Notes: a model not told the origin generated them from the letters alone. Counted from the stretch's first letter, positions 32,794 to 43,064 are shown. The stretch: 64,000 bases of DNA from an uncultured Trueperaceae bacterium (GCA_963727505.1 CAVSGP010000004.1:192001-256000), one strand, 5' to 3'. A program made the numbers and translations.

Positions 32794-32890
32794 CGGCGGC
32801 TCCTCGTATCACGGGCAGAATCCCACCGGCGGCCCCACGCGCCCGACGGTGGGGCGCTGGGTACCGCTCGCCCGCTCTGACGCCAAGGCC

Positions 32891-34999
32891 ATGACCACCC
32901 CGAACCCCTCGCCGCCGCAAAGCGCCGTTCGCATCGGCATCGACGTCGGCGGGACCTTCACCAAGGGCGTCGCGCTCGACGCCGTCACCAGGAAGATCTA
33001 CGCACGCGTCCGCGTCGCCACCACGCACCATGCCTCCGAGGGCGTGGTGGCGGGCGTGCTGCAGGTCCTGGAGGGGCTTCTCGCTGCGCTACCGGCCGAT
33101 CGTCCGGTAGCGCTCGTGGCGCACGCCACCACGCAGGCCACCAACGCGCTACTCGAGGGCGACATGGCGCACGTGGGCTTGCTGGCGCTCGGGCCGGCCG
33201 CCGAGGAGCGCCTGATCCGCCGGCGCACGCAGCTCTCCGAGCTACGGCTGGCCGGTGGCCGGCCGCTCGAGCTGAGCTGGGCCTTCGTGCCTGCCGACGC
33301 GCCGGACTTCGACGCGCGCGTGCGCGCCCTGGCCGCGACCTGGCAGGTCGACGGGGTCGAGGTGGCGGCCGTGAGCCAGGCGTTCGCCGTCGAGGACCCT
33401 ACTCTCGAGCGCCGCGCGGCCGAGCTGCTGCGGGAGGCTGGCCTGCCCGCCACCGGCGGCTCGGAGCTGACCGGCGTCTACGGCCTGGAGATGCGCTCGA
33501 GCACCGCCGCCATCAACGCCTCGATCCTGCCCACCATGCTCCGGACCGCCGAGCACGTGGAGCGAGCGTTGGAGCGCACCCTGCCTGGCGTTCCCCTGCT
33601 GGTGGTCCGCGGCGACGGCGGCGCCGTCGATCTGCAGGGACTGCGCGAAGCTCCCATCCACACCGTCGTCAGCGGTCCCGCCGCCTCGCTGGCGGGCGCC
33701 ATCCTCTACCACGGCGTATCCGATGGCATCCTGTTCGAGGTCGGCGGCACCAGCACGAACATCGGCGCCGTCAAGGCAGGACGCCCGGTGATGAAGCACA
33801 TGACGGTGATGGACTTCCCCACGGCGTTGCGAGCGGCCGACATCCGCATCGCGGGCGTGGCGGGGGGCAGCCTGGTGCGCCTCTCGGGCCGACGTATCGA
33901 GGAAGTGGGGCCGCGCAGCGCGCATATCGCCGGCCTTCCCTACGCGTCTCTCGCCGACCCAGCCGATCTAGAAGGCGCGCGCCTCGAGCGCATCGCGCCG
34001 CGCCCCGGAGATCCCGCCGACTACGTCGTCATCGACGCCGCCGGCGGCCGTTTCGCGATCACACCCACCTGCGCGGCCAACGCCCTGGGCCGCCTTCCGA
34101 CCGACGACCCCGGCTACCGAGAAGCGGACGCCGCCCGCAGGGCACTGGCACCACTGGCACGCAGTCTCGGCGCCGGGATCGACGACGTGGCGGTGGCGGT
34201 GCTGGAAGCCAGCGCCGAGAAGCTCACCCGCACGGTGCGGGCCGTGGCCGACGACCACGACCTTGGGGGCACCCGGCTCTACGGCGGCGGCGGCGCCGCC
34301 CGCGTGCTGGGCCCGGTGGTCGCCGCGCGCCTGGGCATGCCGTTCGAGTGCATTCCCGAGCCCGACATCATCTCCAGCATCGGAGCCGCCCTCACGTTGA
34401 TCCGCGTGGAGCGCGAACGCAACGCCGGCATCGACGATCCCACCGTCGGCGACCTGCTGTTGCGCGAGGTCGAGGGGGAGGCCGTGCGGCTCGGCGCGGA
34501 CCCGGCGCGCCTGCAGTCCGAGGTCCACTACCTGCCCGAGGAGCGACTGCTGCGCGCCGTGGCGTTCGGGGCTCATCCCGTCGACGGTCATCAGGGTGAC
34601 CTCGACGACGACGTGCTGCGCACGCTCGCACGTCCGCAGCTCGGAGGCGGCCCCTGCGAGCTGCGCTACCGGAGCCCGGCACTGGTGCTGCTCAGCGGCG
34701 AGCGCCAGGAGCGCCGCCTGTTCTCCCGCATCCACCGTCACCCGATGGTGGCGATGGACCGGCGCGGAGCACGACTGCTGGAGCTCGACGACGCCACCAT
34801 CCTGACCGGCGCTCCGGGCGAGGTGCTGGCCGCTCTCGAGGCCCGTCTCGGGACCGGCACCGCGCCCCGGACGCACGCCGTCACGCCGCGCCGACTCATC
34901 GATTGCAGCCACCTGAGCGATCCCGACGCCCTGCGGCGCTTCCTCCGGGGCGCCTTCAGGCTCGAGACCCAGGTGGCGCTGGTCCTGAACGAGAGCTGA
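32891..34999 (+). CDS. Hydantoinase A/oxoprolinase-like ASKHA ATPase
   Basis: IGIDVGGTFT, HATTQATNALLEG, SGPAAS, EVGGTSTNI, AGGS. Confidence 0.88.
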   Translation: MTTPNPSPPQSAVRIGIDVGGTFTKGVALDAVTRKIYARVRVATTHHASEGVVAGVLQVLEGLLAALPADRPVALVAHATTQATNALLEGDMAHVGLLALGPAAEERLIRRRTQLSELRLAGGRPLELSWAFVPADAPDFDARVRALAATWQVDGVEVAAVSQAFAVEDPTLERRAAELLREAGLPATGGSELTGVYGLEMRSSTAAINASILPTMLRTAEHVERALERTLPGVPLLVVRGDGGAVDLQGLREAPIHTVVSGPAASLAGAILYHGVSDGILFEVGGTSTNIGAVKAGRPVMKHMTVMDFPTALRAADIRIAGVAGGSLVRLSGRRIEEVGPRSAHIAGLPYASLADPADLEGARLERIAPRPGDPADYVVIDAAGGRFAITPTCAANALGRLPTDDPGYREADAARRALAPLARSLGAGIDDVAVAVLEASAEKLTRTVRAVADDHDLGGTRLYGGGGAARVLGPVVAARLGMPFECIPEPDIISSIGAALTLIRVERERNAGIDDPTVGDLLLREVEGEAVRLGADPARLQSEVHYLPEERLLRAVAFGAHPVDGHQGDLDDDVLRTLARPQLGGGPCELRYRSPALVLLSGERQERRLFSRIHRHPMVAMDRRGARLLELDDATILTGAPGEVLAALEARLGTGTAPRTHAVTPRRLIDCSHLSDPDALRRFLRGAFRLETQVALVLNES

Positions 35000-35009
35000 G
35001 GAGGAGACC

Positions 35010-35465
35010 ATGCTGTACCGACGCCAGCGCCACTTCCCCGCCTACCTGGCAGTGCTGATCACCGCCGTCGTCGTCTTCCCGCTGGCGTTCCTGCTGGGCC
35101 GCGCTACGGCGCCGACTCCGAGCCTCGCTACCCAGCTCACGCCCTCGATCTACGCCGTGCAGCACGCGCAGGGAACGCTCGACGTGGTGGACCTGGAGTA
35201 CGCCCGCGCGACGGGCGGAGGCCAGAGCGCCGGGGCCCAGACCGGCGACAGCCTCACCGCCGCCAAGGACGCCGCCCGCCGCGGGCTCGACGACCTCGAC
35301 CAGGCGACGGACCTCTCCCGCCTGTACCCCGATCGCGCCCGACAGGCGCGCGCCGATTTCGAGGCGCTCCTGCGCGCGATCGACCGGCGCGCCGCTCTCG
35401 ACGAGGTGAAGACGCTGACCGGCGCGCTCCGCGCCGACCTGGCCGCCATCGTCCCGGCGCTGTAG
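35010..35465 (+). CDS. Membrane-anchored helical hypothetical protein
   Basis: GAGGAGGAG RBS 10 nt after previous stop; one N-terminal TM then amphipathic helices. Confidence 0.75.
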   Translation: MLYRRQRHFPAYLAVLITAVVVFPLAFLLGRATAPTPSLATQLTPSIYAVQHAQGTLDVVDLEYARATGGGQSAGAQTGDSLTAAKDAARRGLDDLDQATDLSRLYPDRARQARADFEALLRAIDRRAALDEVKTLTGALRADLAAIVPAL

Positions 35466-35512
35466 GTGCGGCGGGGCGGCGCGCACCAAGACAACGGAAC
35501 TACTTCAGCGCG

Positions 35513-35542
35513 TTGCCCCGCCCACCACGCACGTCGTACAAT
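35513..35542 (+). promoter_or_regulatory. Promoter for tRNA-Arg(CCT)
   Basis: TTGCCC-18nt-TACAAT. Confidence 0.6.
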
Positions 35543-35577
35543 GCCGGGCGCGACCGCGCCCACGCGCGGCGCCATGC

Positions 35578-35654
35578 GCGCCCGTAGCTCAGCTGGACAG
35601 AGCAGGGGACTCCTAAGCCCAAGGTCATAGGTTCGAATCCTATCGGGCGCACCA
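35578..35654 (+). tRNA. tRNA-Arg(CCT)
   Basis: GCGCCCG...CGGGCGC-A-CCA; loop CTCCTAA; GGTTCGAATCC. Confidence 0.92.
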
Positions 35655-35679
35655 CCACGACGCTGGTCGAGCGTCCCGG

Positions 35680-36516
35680 CTACTCGCCGCGGTCGGCCAG
35701 CGTCGACCCCACCGACGCCACCGTGATCGCGGCCAGGGCCGTCACCTGCCGTGGCCCCAGCACGTCTCCCAACAGCACGATGCCGACCAGGGCGGCGATG
35801 GCGGGCTCGCTGCTGAGCAACACCCCGAAGGCGCGCGCGCGCATCCTCCGCATCGCCTCGAATTCCAGCGAGAACGGCACGATCGTCGAGATCAGCGCCA
35901 CGGCCAGCCCAAGCAGGAGGAAACGGGGTTCGAGCAGCGCCGCGCCTGCCCGCCCCACCCCCGCCGGAAGCAGCACCACCGCCGCCACCGCCATAGCCAG
36001 CGCCAGCCCCTGCAACCCCGGCAGGGTGCGCCCCAGCTTCCCACCCACCACGATGTACAGACCCAGGCAGGTGGCTGCTGCGGCGGCGTAGGCCAGCCCG
36101 ACCGGGTCGAGCGGCACGCCCCCGAGCGGCGCGAGGAGCACGATGCCCGTCGCAGCCAGCCCGACCCACAGCAGATCGCGCGCCCGCCGCGTGCCGAGGA
36201 GCGCCACGGTCAGCGGCCCCGCGAACTCGATGGTGGCGACCACGCCGAGCGGCAGCCGCGCCAGCGCCTCGTAGAAGAACAGGTTGAGCCCGGCGAGGAT
36301 GAGGCCGAAGGCCAGCAACCGCCGCACATCGGCACGCGTCAAGGCCGTCAACTGCGGACGCGTCAGCGTCAGCAGGACGCCGGCGCCGAGCGCCAGGCGT
36401 GCGAAGGCCGTGCCCTGCTCTCCCCAGGCGCCGAACAGCCGGGTCGCCAGCGCTGCACCGAGGTGGATCGACACGATAGCGGCGATCTCCAGCGCCGGGG
36501 CAGGCGTTACCCGCAC
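35680..36516 (-). CDS. EamA/RhtA family DMT transporter (start uncertain)
   Basis: FYEALARLPLGVVATIEFAGP, PFSLEFEAMRR, SSEPAIAAL. Confidence 0.9.
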   Translation of the reverse strand: MRVTPAPALEIAAIVSIHLGAALATRLFGAWGEQGTAFARLALGAGVLLTLTRPQLTALTRADVRRLLAFGLILAGLNLFFYEALARLPLGVVATIEFAGPLTVALLGTRRARDLLWVGLAATGIVLLAPLGGVPLDPVGLAYAAAAATCLGLYIVVGGKLGRTLPGLQGLALAMAVAAVVLLPAGVGRAGAALLEPRFLLLGLAVALISTIVPFSLEFEAMRRMRARAFGVLLSSEPAIAALVGIVLLGDVLGPRQVTALAAITVASVGSTLADRGE

Positions 36517-36679
36517 CAGACGGCGGGCTACCACATCCGCCGCCGATACGGGGAGCGGTGCGGGTGCGATGCGGGCGGGTGAGCGGCCATGGTGGGCGGC
36601 CAATCTACCGCATCCCGGCGAACGCGGCGATGCGGACTCCACCACACCCGCCCTCCCACCGACCCGCCTAGACTGTGCC

Positions 36680-36850
36680 GTGATCGGACATCTGCTGGCC
36701 TTCGTCCTCTTCGGCGTCGTGTACACGCTCTTCCGGCTGGTAGCCGGCCACGGCATGGGCCTCGTACCCTCGCTGGTCGTCAGCATCCCTTGCGAGGTGG
36801 CCGGCGTGGTGGCCGGCCGGTCGGTGAAACGCTGGATGCAGGGCGGCTGA
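36680..36850 (+). CDS. Small 2-TM membrane protein (56 aa)
   Basis: Hydrophobic ORF; TAGACT 5 nt before GTG. Confidence 0.5.
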   Translation: MIGHLLAFVLFGVVYTLFRLVAGHGMGLVPSLVVSIPCEVAGVVAGRSVKRWMQGG

Positions 36851-37033
36851 GCGACGCCGTCCCCAGGATGTAGGGGAATCTCCGACAGGCGCGTCGGAAA
36901 GACGGGGATGGGGGCCGCTCCCCCGTGGTCCTAGGCTGGCATCGAGGAGTGCCCTGAGGCGCTGAGGCTCCATCGGGAGCCCGCCAGCAGCCTGCCGGGA
37001 GCACACCGGCTCAGGACCTCGAAGGGGGTCGCC

Positions 37034-37492
37034 ATGCTGGTCAGCGATTGGATGGTCGCAGATCCTGTCACCGTCACGCCGGAGACCAAGCTCTTCGAGG
37101 CGCAGAAGGTGATGCGCGACGGCGGGTTCCGGCGCCTGCCGGTGGTATCCCGGGGACGTCTCGTCGGCATCGTGACGGACCGCGACCTCCGGGAGGCCGC
37201 GCCGTCCAAGGCGACCAGCCTGTCGGTGTTCGAGCTCAACTACCTTCTCAGCCGCCTCGCGGTCCACGACGTGATGAAGACGGCCGTCTTGACCATCTCG
37301 CCCGACGACCCGATCGAGCGGGCCGCCCTGCTGATGAACGAGCACAAGATCTCGGGCCTGCCCGTCGTCGACGGCGACGCCGTAGTGGGCATCCTCACCA
37401 TCACCGACCTGCTGCAGGCACTGGTATCCCTGCTCGACCTGGAGACCGGAGGCCGCGCCACACCGCTCGAGCGCGAAGCCCCGTCCAACTGA
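37034..37492 (+). CDS. CBS-pair protein (AcuB-like)
   Basis: RRLPVV..G.LVGIVTDRDL, SKATSLSVFELNYLL, SGLPVVD. Confidence 0.92.
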   Translation: MLVSDWMVADPVTVTPETKLFEAQKVMRDGGFRRLPVVSRGRLVGIVTDRDLREAAPSKATSLSVFELNYLLSRLAVHDVMKTAVLTISPDDPIERAALLMNEHKISGLPVVDGDAVVGILTITDLLQALVSLLDLETGGRATPLEREAPSN

Positions 37493-37597
37493 CCCCGACT
37501 CTCCTTCTACCTCCTAGCGCACCCTGTCCGCGGCTCTTCTGCCGCGGACAGGCGTTTCTGGCGGTCGGCCGCTTCCTGGGCGCGCTCCAGGCCGCCG

Positions 37598-38062
37598 TCA
37601 GGGCACGAACGCTGCGCCGATCTCATCCAGGATCTCGGCCGCGACACGATCGACCGCCTCCAACACCGCCGGCGAGAGCCCCTCACCGGGCTCGAACATG
37701 CTGCCCTGGACGCCGAACACCAGCAAGCGTCCCGGCAGGGCGCCGAGCGTCCGTGCCAGCTCGACCACGTTGGCAAGGGGCAGCAGGTGGCTCGAGGAGC
37801 CTGCGGGCAGGGTCGCTCCGGCCAGGGCGGTGGCATCGATCCGCCGCGTCGCTCCCGGCACCAGCCCCGCATCCATGGCGTCCACCACGATGGCGACGTC
37901 AGCGTCGCGCCACACCTCGATGAGGTCGGCGGGCTCGCCGGCGTTCACGAGGACGGTCACACCCGGCCCCGCGGCGTGGGCCACCTTCAGCGCCACCGCC
38001 GGCCCCACGCCGTCGTCGCCACGCAGCTCGTTGCCGAGCCCGGCGATCAACACCCGCGTCAC
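37598..38062 (-). CDS. Hydrogenase maturation protease
   Basis: GLGNELRGDDGVG, VVDA, SSH. Confidence 0.93.
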   Translation of the reverse strand: MTRVLIAGLGNELRGDDGVGPAVALKVAHAAGPGVTVLVNAGEPADLIEVWRDADVAIVVDAMDAGLVPGATRRIDATALAGATLPAGSSSHLLPLANVVELARTLGALPGRLLVFGVQGSMFEPGEGLSPAVLEAVDRVAAEILDEIGAAFVP

Positions 38063-39366
38063 GGCCGGCGTTCCACCGAGAGATCCAGGAAATGCGTGGC
38101 GCAGGAGATGCAGGGATCGTAGTTGCGGATGGCCTGCTCGCACTGCCAGGTCAACGCCTGATCGTCGAGGTCCAGGTGGGCTTCCACGAAGCGCGCCAGG
38201 TCGTCCTCGATGGCGCGCTGGTTCTGCGACGTGGGCGGCGTGATGACCGCTTCCTCGATGGTGCCGTCCGCGGCAAGCGTGTAGCGGTGGTAGAGCAGTC
38301 CGCGTGGGGCCTCGCTCCAGCCCGATCCCCGGCCGGCCCGGGGCGGAACGTCGGCGGCGCTGGGATCGGGGCGCCGGTAGCGCTGGACGAGCGACAGCGC
38401 CTCCTCGACGGCGTACAGCGTCTCCACCGCCCGAACCACGATGCTCTGGAAGGGGTTGCGGCAGGTGGGACCCAATCCGGCCTCCCGGGCCGCGGTCTGC
38501 GCCCGGGCCGACAGCCGGTCGAAGTTCAGGCTGTAGCGCGCCAGCGGGCCGGTCATGTACGTCCCGCGCCCGCGCAGCACGGCGTGCAGGGCGTTGGAGT
38601 GCTCGACGTGAAGCTCCTCGACGTGGTCCTCGAACTCCTCGGGACCGATGTCGAGGCCGCGGTCGGACACCATGCGTCCCGCCTCCATGGGGTAATCGTG
38701 CGAGTGGCGCAGCGACACGTACTCGTGGTCGTGCTCGAAGTCCGGGAACGTGAAGCCGCCCACCCAGCGCACCGTCTCCTCCGCTGCTTCCAGAGCGCGC
38801 TGCAGCGGCTCGACCAGCACCTCCAGCTCGGAAGCGCTCGGAGCCCGGTAGAAGCCCCCCACGCGCACGTTCACCGGGTGGACGGCGCGGCCGCCGACCA
38901 CGTTCATGAGGTCGTTGCCCGCCTTCTTGAGCGTCAGCCCGCGTTGGACCACGTCGGGAACGACCTTGGCGAGCTCGAGCGCGCTGGCGTAGCCGAGGAA
39001 ATCCGGGGCGTGCAGCAGGTAGATGTGAAGGGCGTGGCTCTGGATCCACTCGCCGCAGTACAGCAGCCGCCGGAGCGCCTGCACGGAGGCGTCGACCTCG
39101 ACCCCGCAGGCCGCCTCGATGGCCTGCACGGCGCTGGTCTGGTAAGCCACCGGACAGATGCCACAGATGCGCGCCGTGATGTCGGGCGGTTCGGTGTAGG
39201 CGCGGCCCCGCAGGAACGCCTCGAAGAAGCGCGGCGGTTCGTAGATGTCGAGCGCGACCTCCTCGACGGTCTGCCCGCGCACGCGCACACGCATGGCGCC
39301 CTCGCCCTCCACCCGGGCGAGCGCCCCTACGCTGATCCTGCGCATCTCGCGCGCCTCAGAGTCCAT
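38059..39366 (-). CDS. Group 3b [NiFe]-hydrogenase large (alpha) subunit
   Basis: RVEGEG, RICGICP (L1), DPCISCATH (L2) plus short cleavable tail. Confidence 0.95.
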   Translation of the reverse strand: MDSEAREMRRISVGALARVEGEGAMRVRVRGQTVEEVALDIYEPPRFFEAFLRGRAYTEPPDITARICGICPVAYQTSAVQAIEAACGVEVDASVQALRRLLYCGEWIQSHALHIYLLHAPDFLGYASALELAKVVPDVVQRGLTLKKAGNDLMNVVGGRAVHPVNVRVGGFYRAPSASELEVLVEPLQRALEAAEETVRWVGGFTFPDFEHDHEYVSLRHSHDYPMEAGRMVSDRGLDIGPEEFEDHVEELHVEHSNALHAVLRGRGTYMTGPLARYSLNFDRLSARAQTAAREAGLGPTCRNPFQSIVVRAVETLYAVEEALSLVQRYRRPDPSAADVPPRAGRGSGWSEAPRGLLYHRYTLAADGTIEEAVITPPTSQNQRAIEDDLARFVEAHLDLDDQALTWQCEQAIRNYDPCISCATHFLDLSVERRP

Positions 39367-40243
39367 CCCGCGACCCCCCTTCGGCGTCCGAACCCGATCC
39401 GTACGGATCCTCACGGCCGAAGGCCGGCGCAGCGGCGTTGAACGTGCGCAGCGCGCGGCGACTCGCTTCCTCGTCCATGCCCAGGCTGTCGCGCCACCAG
39501 CGCATGAGCGAGCCCACGTTGGCGGTCTCGGCGGGGCCGAAGCAGGCGTAGCAGCCGCGGCCGACCGCGGGGCACAGAGCCCCGCACCCCGCCTGGGTGA
39601 TGGGACCCATGCAGGGCACGCCCCGGGACACCATCACGCAGGGGATGCCGCGACGCTTGCAGGACTGACACACGCTCACCGTGGGGAGTTGTGGCCGGCG
39701 CTGGTGCAGCAGGGCGCCGATGGCCTCGAGGAGCTGTTCCTTGGCGATGGGGCATCCGCGCAGCTCCAGATCGACCTTGATGTGCGCGGCGAGGGGTGTG
39801 GCGGTCGGCAGCACCTCCAGCACCTCGGGATGGGCGTATACGGCCCGGGCGTAGGCGTCCACGTCAGCGTAATTGCGCAGCGACTGGATTCCGCCCGCGG
39901 TAGCGCAGGCACCGATGGCGATCACCGTGGTCGATTCCTGCCGGATCGCCTGGATGCGCTCCCGTTCGTCAGGGGTCGTGATCGAGCCCTCGACCAACGA
40001 CACGTCATACGGTCCTTCGACGACGGCGCTCGACGCTTCCAGGAAGTACGCCACCTCTAGACGATCGGCCAGCGCCAGCAGCTCCTCCTCGCAGTCGAGC
40101 AGCGTCAACTGACAACCATCGCAGGAAGAGAACTTCCACACTGCCAGCCGGGGGCGGCGCCGTCCTGCACCCTCACCGCCGCCCGGCCGCGCTCCGCGCC
40201 GCTGCACGGCGTCCGCCTCGTTGGTGATCACGTCGTCCCTCAC
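39356..40243 (-). CDS. [NiFe]-hydrogenase small (delta) subunit
   Basis: SCDGC, GACA, RGCP, CQSC...C...CMGP...GCGALCP...CYACFG. Confidence 0.93.
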   Translation of the reverse strand: MRDDVITNEADAVQRRGARPGGGEGAGRRRPRLAVWKFSSCDGCQLTLLDCEEELLALADRLEVAYFLEASSAVVEGPYDVSLVEGSITTPDERERIQAIRQESTTVIAIGACATAGGIQSLRNYADVDAYARAVYAHPEVLEVLPTATPLAAHIKVDLELRGCPIAKEQLLEAIGALLHQRRPQLPTVSVCQSCKRRGIPCVMVSRGVPCMGPITQAGCGALCPAVGRGCYACFGPAETANVGSLMRWWRDSLGMDEEASRRALRTFNAAAPAFGREDPYGSGSDAEGGSRDGL

Positions 40244-41130
40244 GCTTCCGCCACCTGCAAGAGGTCCTTCACGTTCCCGAAGGGATAGACCGGGCCGTCC
40301 CGGCACACGAAGCTGGGTCCGAACTGGCAGTGGCCACACAGTCCGACGCCGCACTTCATGTTGCGTTCCATCGATACGTGGATCCTCGGTTCGGCCACCC
40401 CTCGCTTCAACAGCTCGAGCGCCGCGAAGCGCATCATCAACTCCGGTCCGCACACCATCGCCACCGCCTCTGCGGTGTCGACCGGGGCCCGCCCGATCAG
40501 CGTGGTGACGAAACCCACCGACCCCTTCCAACTCTCGTTGGCGCGATCGACCGTGATGGCGACGTCGAGATCGAGCCTGGAGCGCCAGTGGCGTAATTCG
40601 TCGACGAACACCATCTCCGCGGGGCGGCGGGCGCCGTAGAGCAGCGCCACCCTCCCGAAGCGCTCGCGCCTGGCGAGGACCTGGTACAGCACCGGGCGCA
40701 GCGGCGGCAGCCCGATGCCTCCCGCCACGATGACGAGGTCGCGGCCCTCGGCTTCGCCCACCGGCCACGCGCTGCCGAACGGTCCTCGCACGCCGACGGG
40801 ATCGCCCGGACCCAGCGCGCTCAGGTGCCGCGTGACGGCGCCGACCGTTCGCACGGTATGGATGAGGCGCTCCCCGTCAGCGGGATCGCCGCTGATCGAG
40901 ATCGGCACCTCCCCCGCCCCGAAGGCGTACAGCATGTTGAACTGGCCGGGTCGGAACGCGGGAACGGCTCCGGCAGGCGGAGGAGCATCGGGACCGGGAC
41001 CGCCCGCCGGCCGCAGCTCCACCGTGAAGGTGTCCGCGGTCTCGGTCCAGCGCCGCACGACCACGTAGGGACGTGGGAGCATCGCCGCGTTGGCGACGGG
41101 ACCGAACGAGGCCTCAGAGCGGCTGTCCAT
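40240..41130 (-). CDS. Hydrogenase gamma subunit (FAD/NAD(P)-binding, 2Fe-2S)
   Basis: [25 protein letters not shown]. Confidence 0.93.
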   Translation of the reverse strand: MDSRSEASFGPVANAAMLPRPYVVVRRWTETADTFTVELRPAGGPGPDAPPPAGAVPAFRPGQFNMLYAFGAGEVPISISGDPADGERLIHTVRTVGAVTRHLSALGPGDPVGVRGPFGSAWPVGEAEGRDLVIVAGGIGLPPLRPVLYQVLARRERFGRVALLYGARRPAEMVFVDELRHWRSRLDLDVAITVDRANESWKGSVGFVTTLIGRAPVDTAEAVAMVCGPELMMRFAALELLKRGVAEPRIHVSMERNMKCGVGLCGHCQFGPSFVCRDGPVYPFGNVKDLLQVAEA

Positions 41131-41578
41131 AGAGATCCAGGAGCTGCAGGCGCGTGGCCTGCAGTCGCGCGGTCACGATGCCCGCGAAGCGCTTCATGAG
41201 CTCGTAGCCCAGGGAGGGGTCGTCATCACACTTGCCGCGAAGACAGGTGCCGTCGAAGGCCGTGGCGCGGACGTCGGACATGGTGCGCGCGTCGAACTGC
41301 CAGGTGTAGGGCGGGAAGAGCCAGGACCAGCCCAGTACCTCCCCCTCGCCCAGCGTCTCGAGGCGTCGCGAGGGCCCGCCCGCGAAACGGATCTCGAGGC
41401 TCACGATGCCCCCGCGCAGCACGAAGAAGCGGTCGGCCGGCTCGCCGAATTTGAAGATCGTATCGCCGGTATTGAAGTGGACGTTCCAGCCGCAGCCTGC
41501 GATGAAGTCGAGCTGGTCCTTGTCGAGGCCCGCGAACACGGGGCTGGCGCTCAACAGCGCCGTCATGTCTCGCATCAT
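41114..41578 (-). CDS. Cyclic nucleotide-binding domain protein (no HTH)
   Basis: IFKFGEPADRFFVLRGG, LGEGEVLGWSWL; 154 aa. Confidence 0.9.
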   Translation of the reverse strand: MMRDMTALLSASPVFAGLDKDQLDFIAGCGWNVHFNTGDTIFKFGEPADRFFVLRGGIVSLEIRFAGGPSRRLETLGEGEVLGWSWLFPPYTWQFDARTMSDVRATAFDGTCLRGKCDDDPSLGYELMKRFAGIVTARLQATRLQLLDLYGQPL

Positions 41579-42783
41579 GGTTGTGCTCCCCTCGCCGGGG
41601 GCCCCCTCCTCGAGGGTTCCCGCTGCGCCTTCTCGGCTGCCTCGCGTTGCTGGCTGACCGCCATCGCCGCCTCCTGGGTGATGTCGATGCCGACCGGGCA
41701 CCAGGCGATGCACCGCCCGCACCCGACACACCCCGACGTACCGAACTGGTCGAACCAGCTGCTGAGCTTGTGCGTCAACCACTGGCGGTAGCGCGCCGAC
41801 ACGCTCTGCCGGACGCTTCCACCGTGCAGGTAGCTGAACTCCAAACCGAAGCAGGAGTCCCAATCGCGACTCCGCTCGGCCACCCGGCCCTCCAGGTCGG
41901 TCGTGTCCACGACGGTGGTGCAGAAGCAGGTCGGGCACACCAGGGTGCAGTTGGCGCATGCCAGGCAGCGTTCGGCGACCTCCGCGAAGAGCGCGAGCTC
42001 GTGCCCCTGCGCGAGGGCTGTCCGCGCGGCCTCAGAATCGAGCGATCTCTCCATGCTCCGCCCCGCGTCCTCCACCCTGGAGGCGCGTTCCGACCGTTCG
42101 TCCTCGCTCGCTGGGCGGCCGCCCAGTGCGTCGAGCAGTGCCAGGCCACGCTCGCTGGCGGCGCGCGCCACGAAGCCGTGTCGCTCCGCGTCGATGAGTT
42201 CGGTCAGCACCACGTCGACGCTCCCTGCCGCATCGTCGAGGCCGGGCCCCGTACCCATGGAGGCACAGAAGCAGGTGGCCCCTGGCCGGGTGCATTCCAC
42301 GACGACGAGGAAAGCGCCCTCGCGTCGCGCCGCGTAGATGCCGTCGACGTGCGGGCCGTTCATGAGAACGCGGTCCTGCACGCCGATGGCGGCCAGGTCG
42401 CAAGGCCGGACGCCGAAGAGTGCGAGGGGGCGGTCGGGTCCCGGCTCGGCTCGCACCTGCAGACCGCCGGGGCCGTCACGCCGAGCGGTGAACAGGCGCG
42501 TCTCGGGTGGGTGAAGGTAGCGCTTGTAGCTGTGCGCGCCAACCCGGAAACCGAAGCGTTCGGCCGCGCGCGTCGGATCGTCCTCGGTTCGCACCAGGCG
42601 GTATTGCCCGGGGGCCGCCTCGTCCGACCAGCCGCGAGGCAGCTCGTCGCCGACGGCGACCTCGTCCAGCACCAGGGTCTCGTGCTCCACGCGCGGCGCG
42701 ATCACGCGGTAGCCGCGCGCCAGCAGAGCCTCCACCAGACGTTCGGGGGCGTCGTTCTCGAGCCAGACCGGGTCGCTCATCAC
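41575..42783 (-). CDS. Hydrogenase beta subunit (4Fe-4S dicluster)
   Basis: CLACANCTLVCPTCFC and CVGCGRCIAWCP. Confidence 0.93.
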   Translation of the reverse strand: MMSDPVWLENDAPERLVEALLARGYRVIAPRVEHETLVLDEVAVGDELPRGWSDEAAPGQYRLVRTEDDPTRAAERFGFRVGAHSYKRYLHPPETRLFTARRDGPGGLQVRAEPGPDRPLALFGVRPCDLAAIGVQDRVLMNGPHVDGIYAARREGAFLVVVECTRPGATCFCASMGTGPGLDDAAGSVDVVLTELIDAERHGFVARAASERGLALLDALGGRPASEDERSERASRVEDAGRSMERSLDSEAARTALAQGHELALFAEVAERCLACANCTLVCPTCFCTTVVDTTDLEGRVAERSRDWDSCFGLEFSYLHGGSVRQSVSARYRQWLTHKLSSWFDQFGTSGCVGCGRCIAWCPVGIDITQEAAMAVSQQREAAEKAQREPSRRGPPARGAQP

Positions 42784-43064
42784 ACGTTCCCTCCCGCGCC
42801 GAAAGACCCCGGCGTCGGCCCGCCGGGCGCGGCACGGAACCCGTCCGCGCGATCGTTGGATTTCGTATCGATCCTGGCGATGCTCGGCACACGACCTCCC
42901 GACCGATGCCCGGCACGCCCCACGACCTCGCTTTCACGCTACGAAGGCGGGACGCAAGTCAGCCACGGCGTTTACACGACACTGCCTGTGGGACTTTTAC
43001 CGACCGTTGGCGGCCCTTGGTCATCCTCTCACCGCGACCGGAACGCGTCCTGGTAGAAGGGGCC

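Noticed and set aside
35655..43060. attL/attR duplication flanking the hydrogenase block (and the 55.3-61.3 kb block)
   Set aside because: No repeat of the tRNA 3' ends and no integrase found by eye, so not called mobile elements
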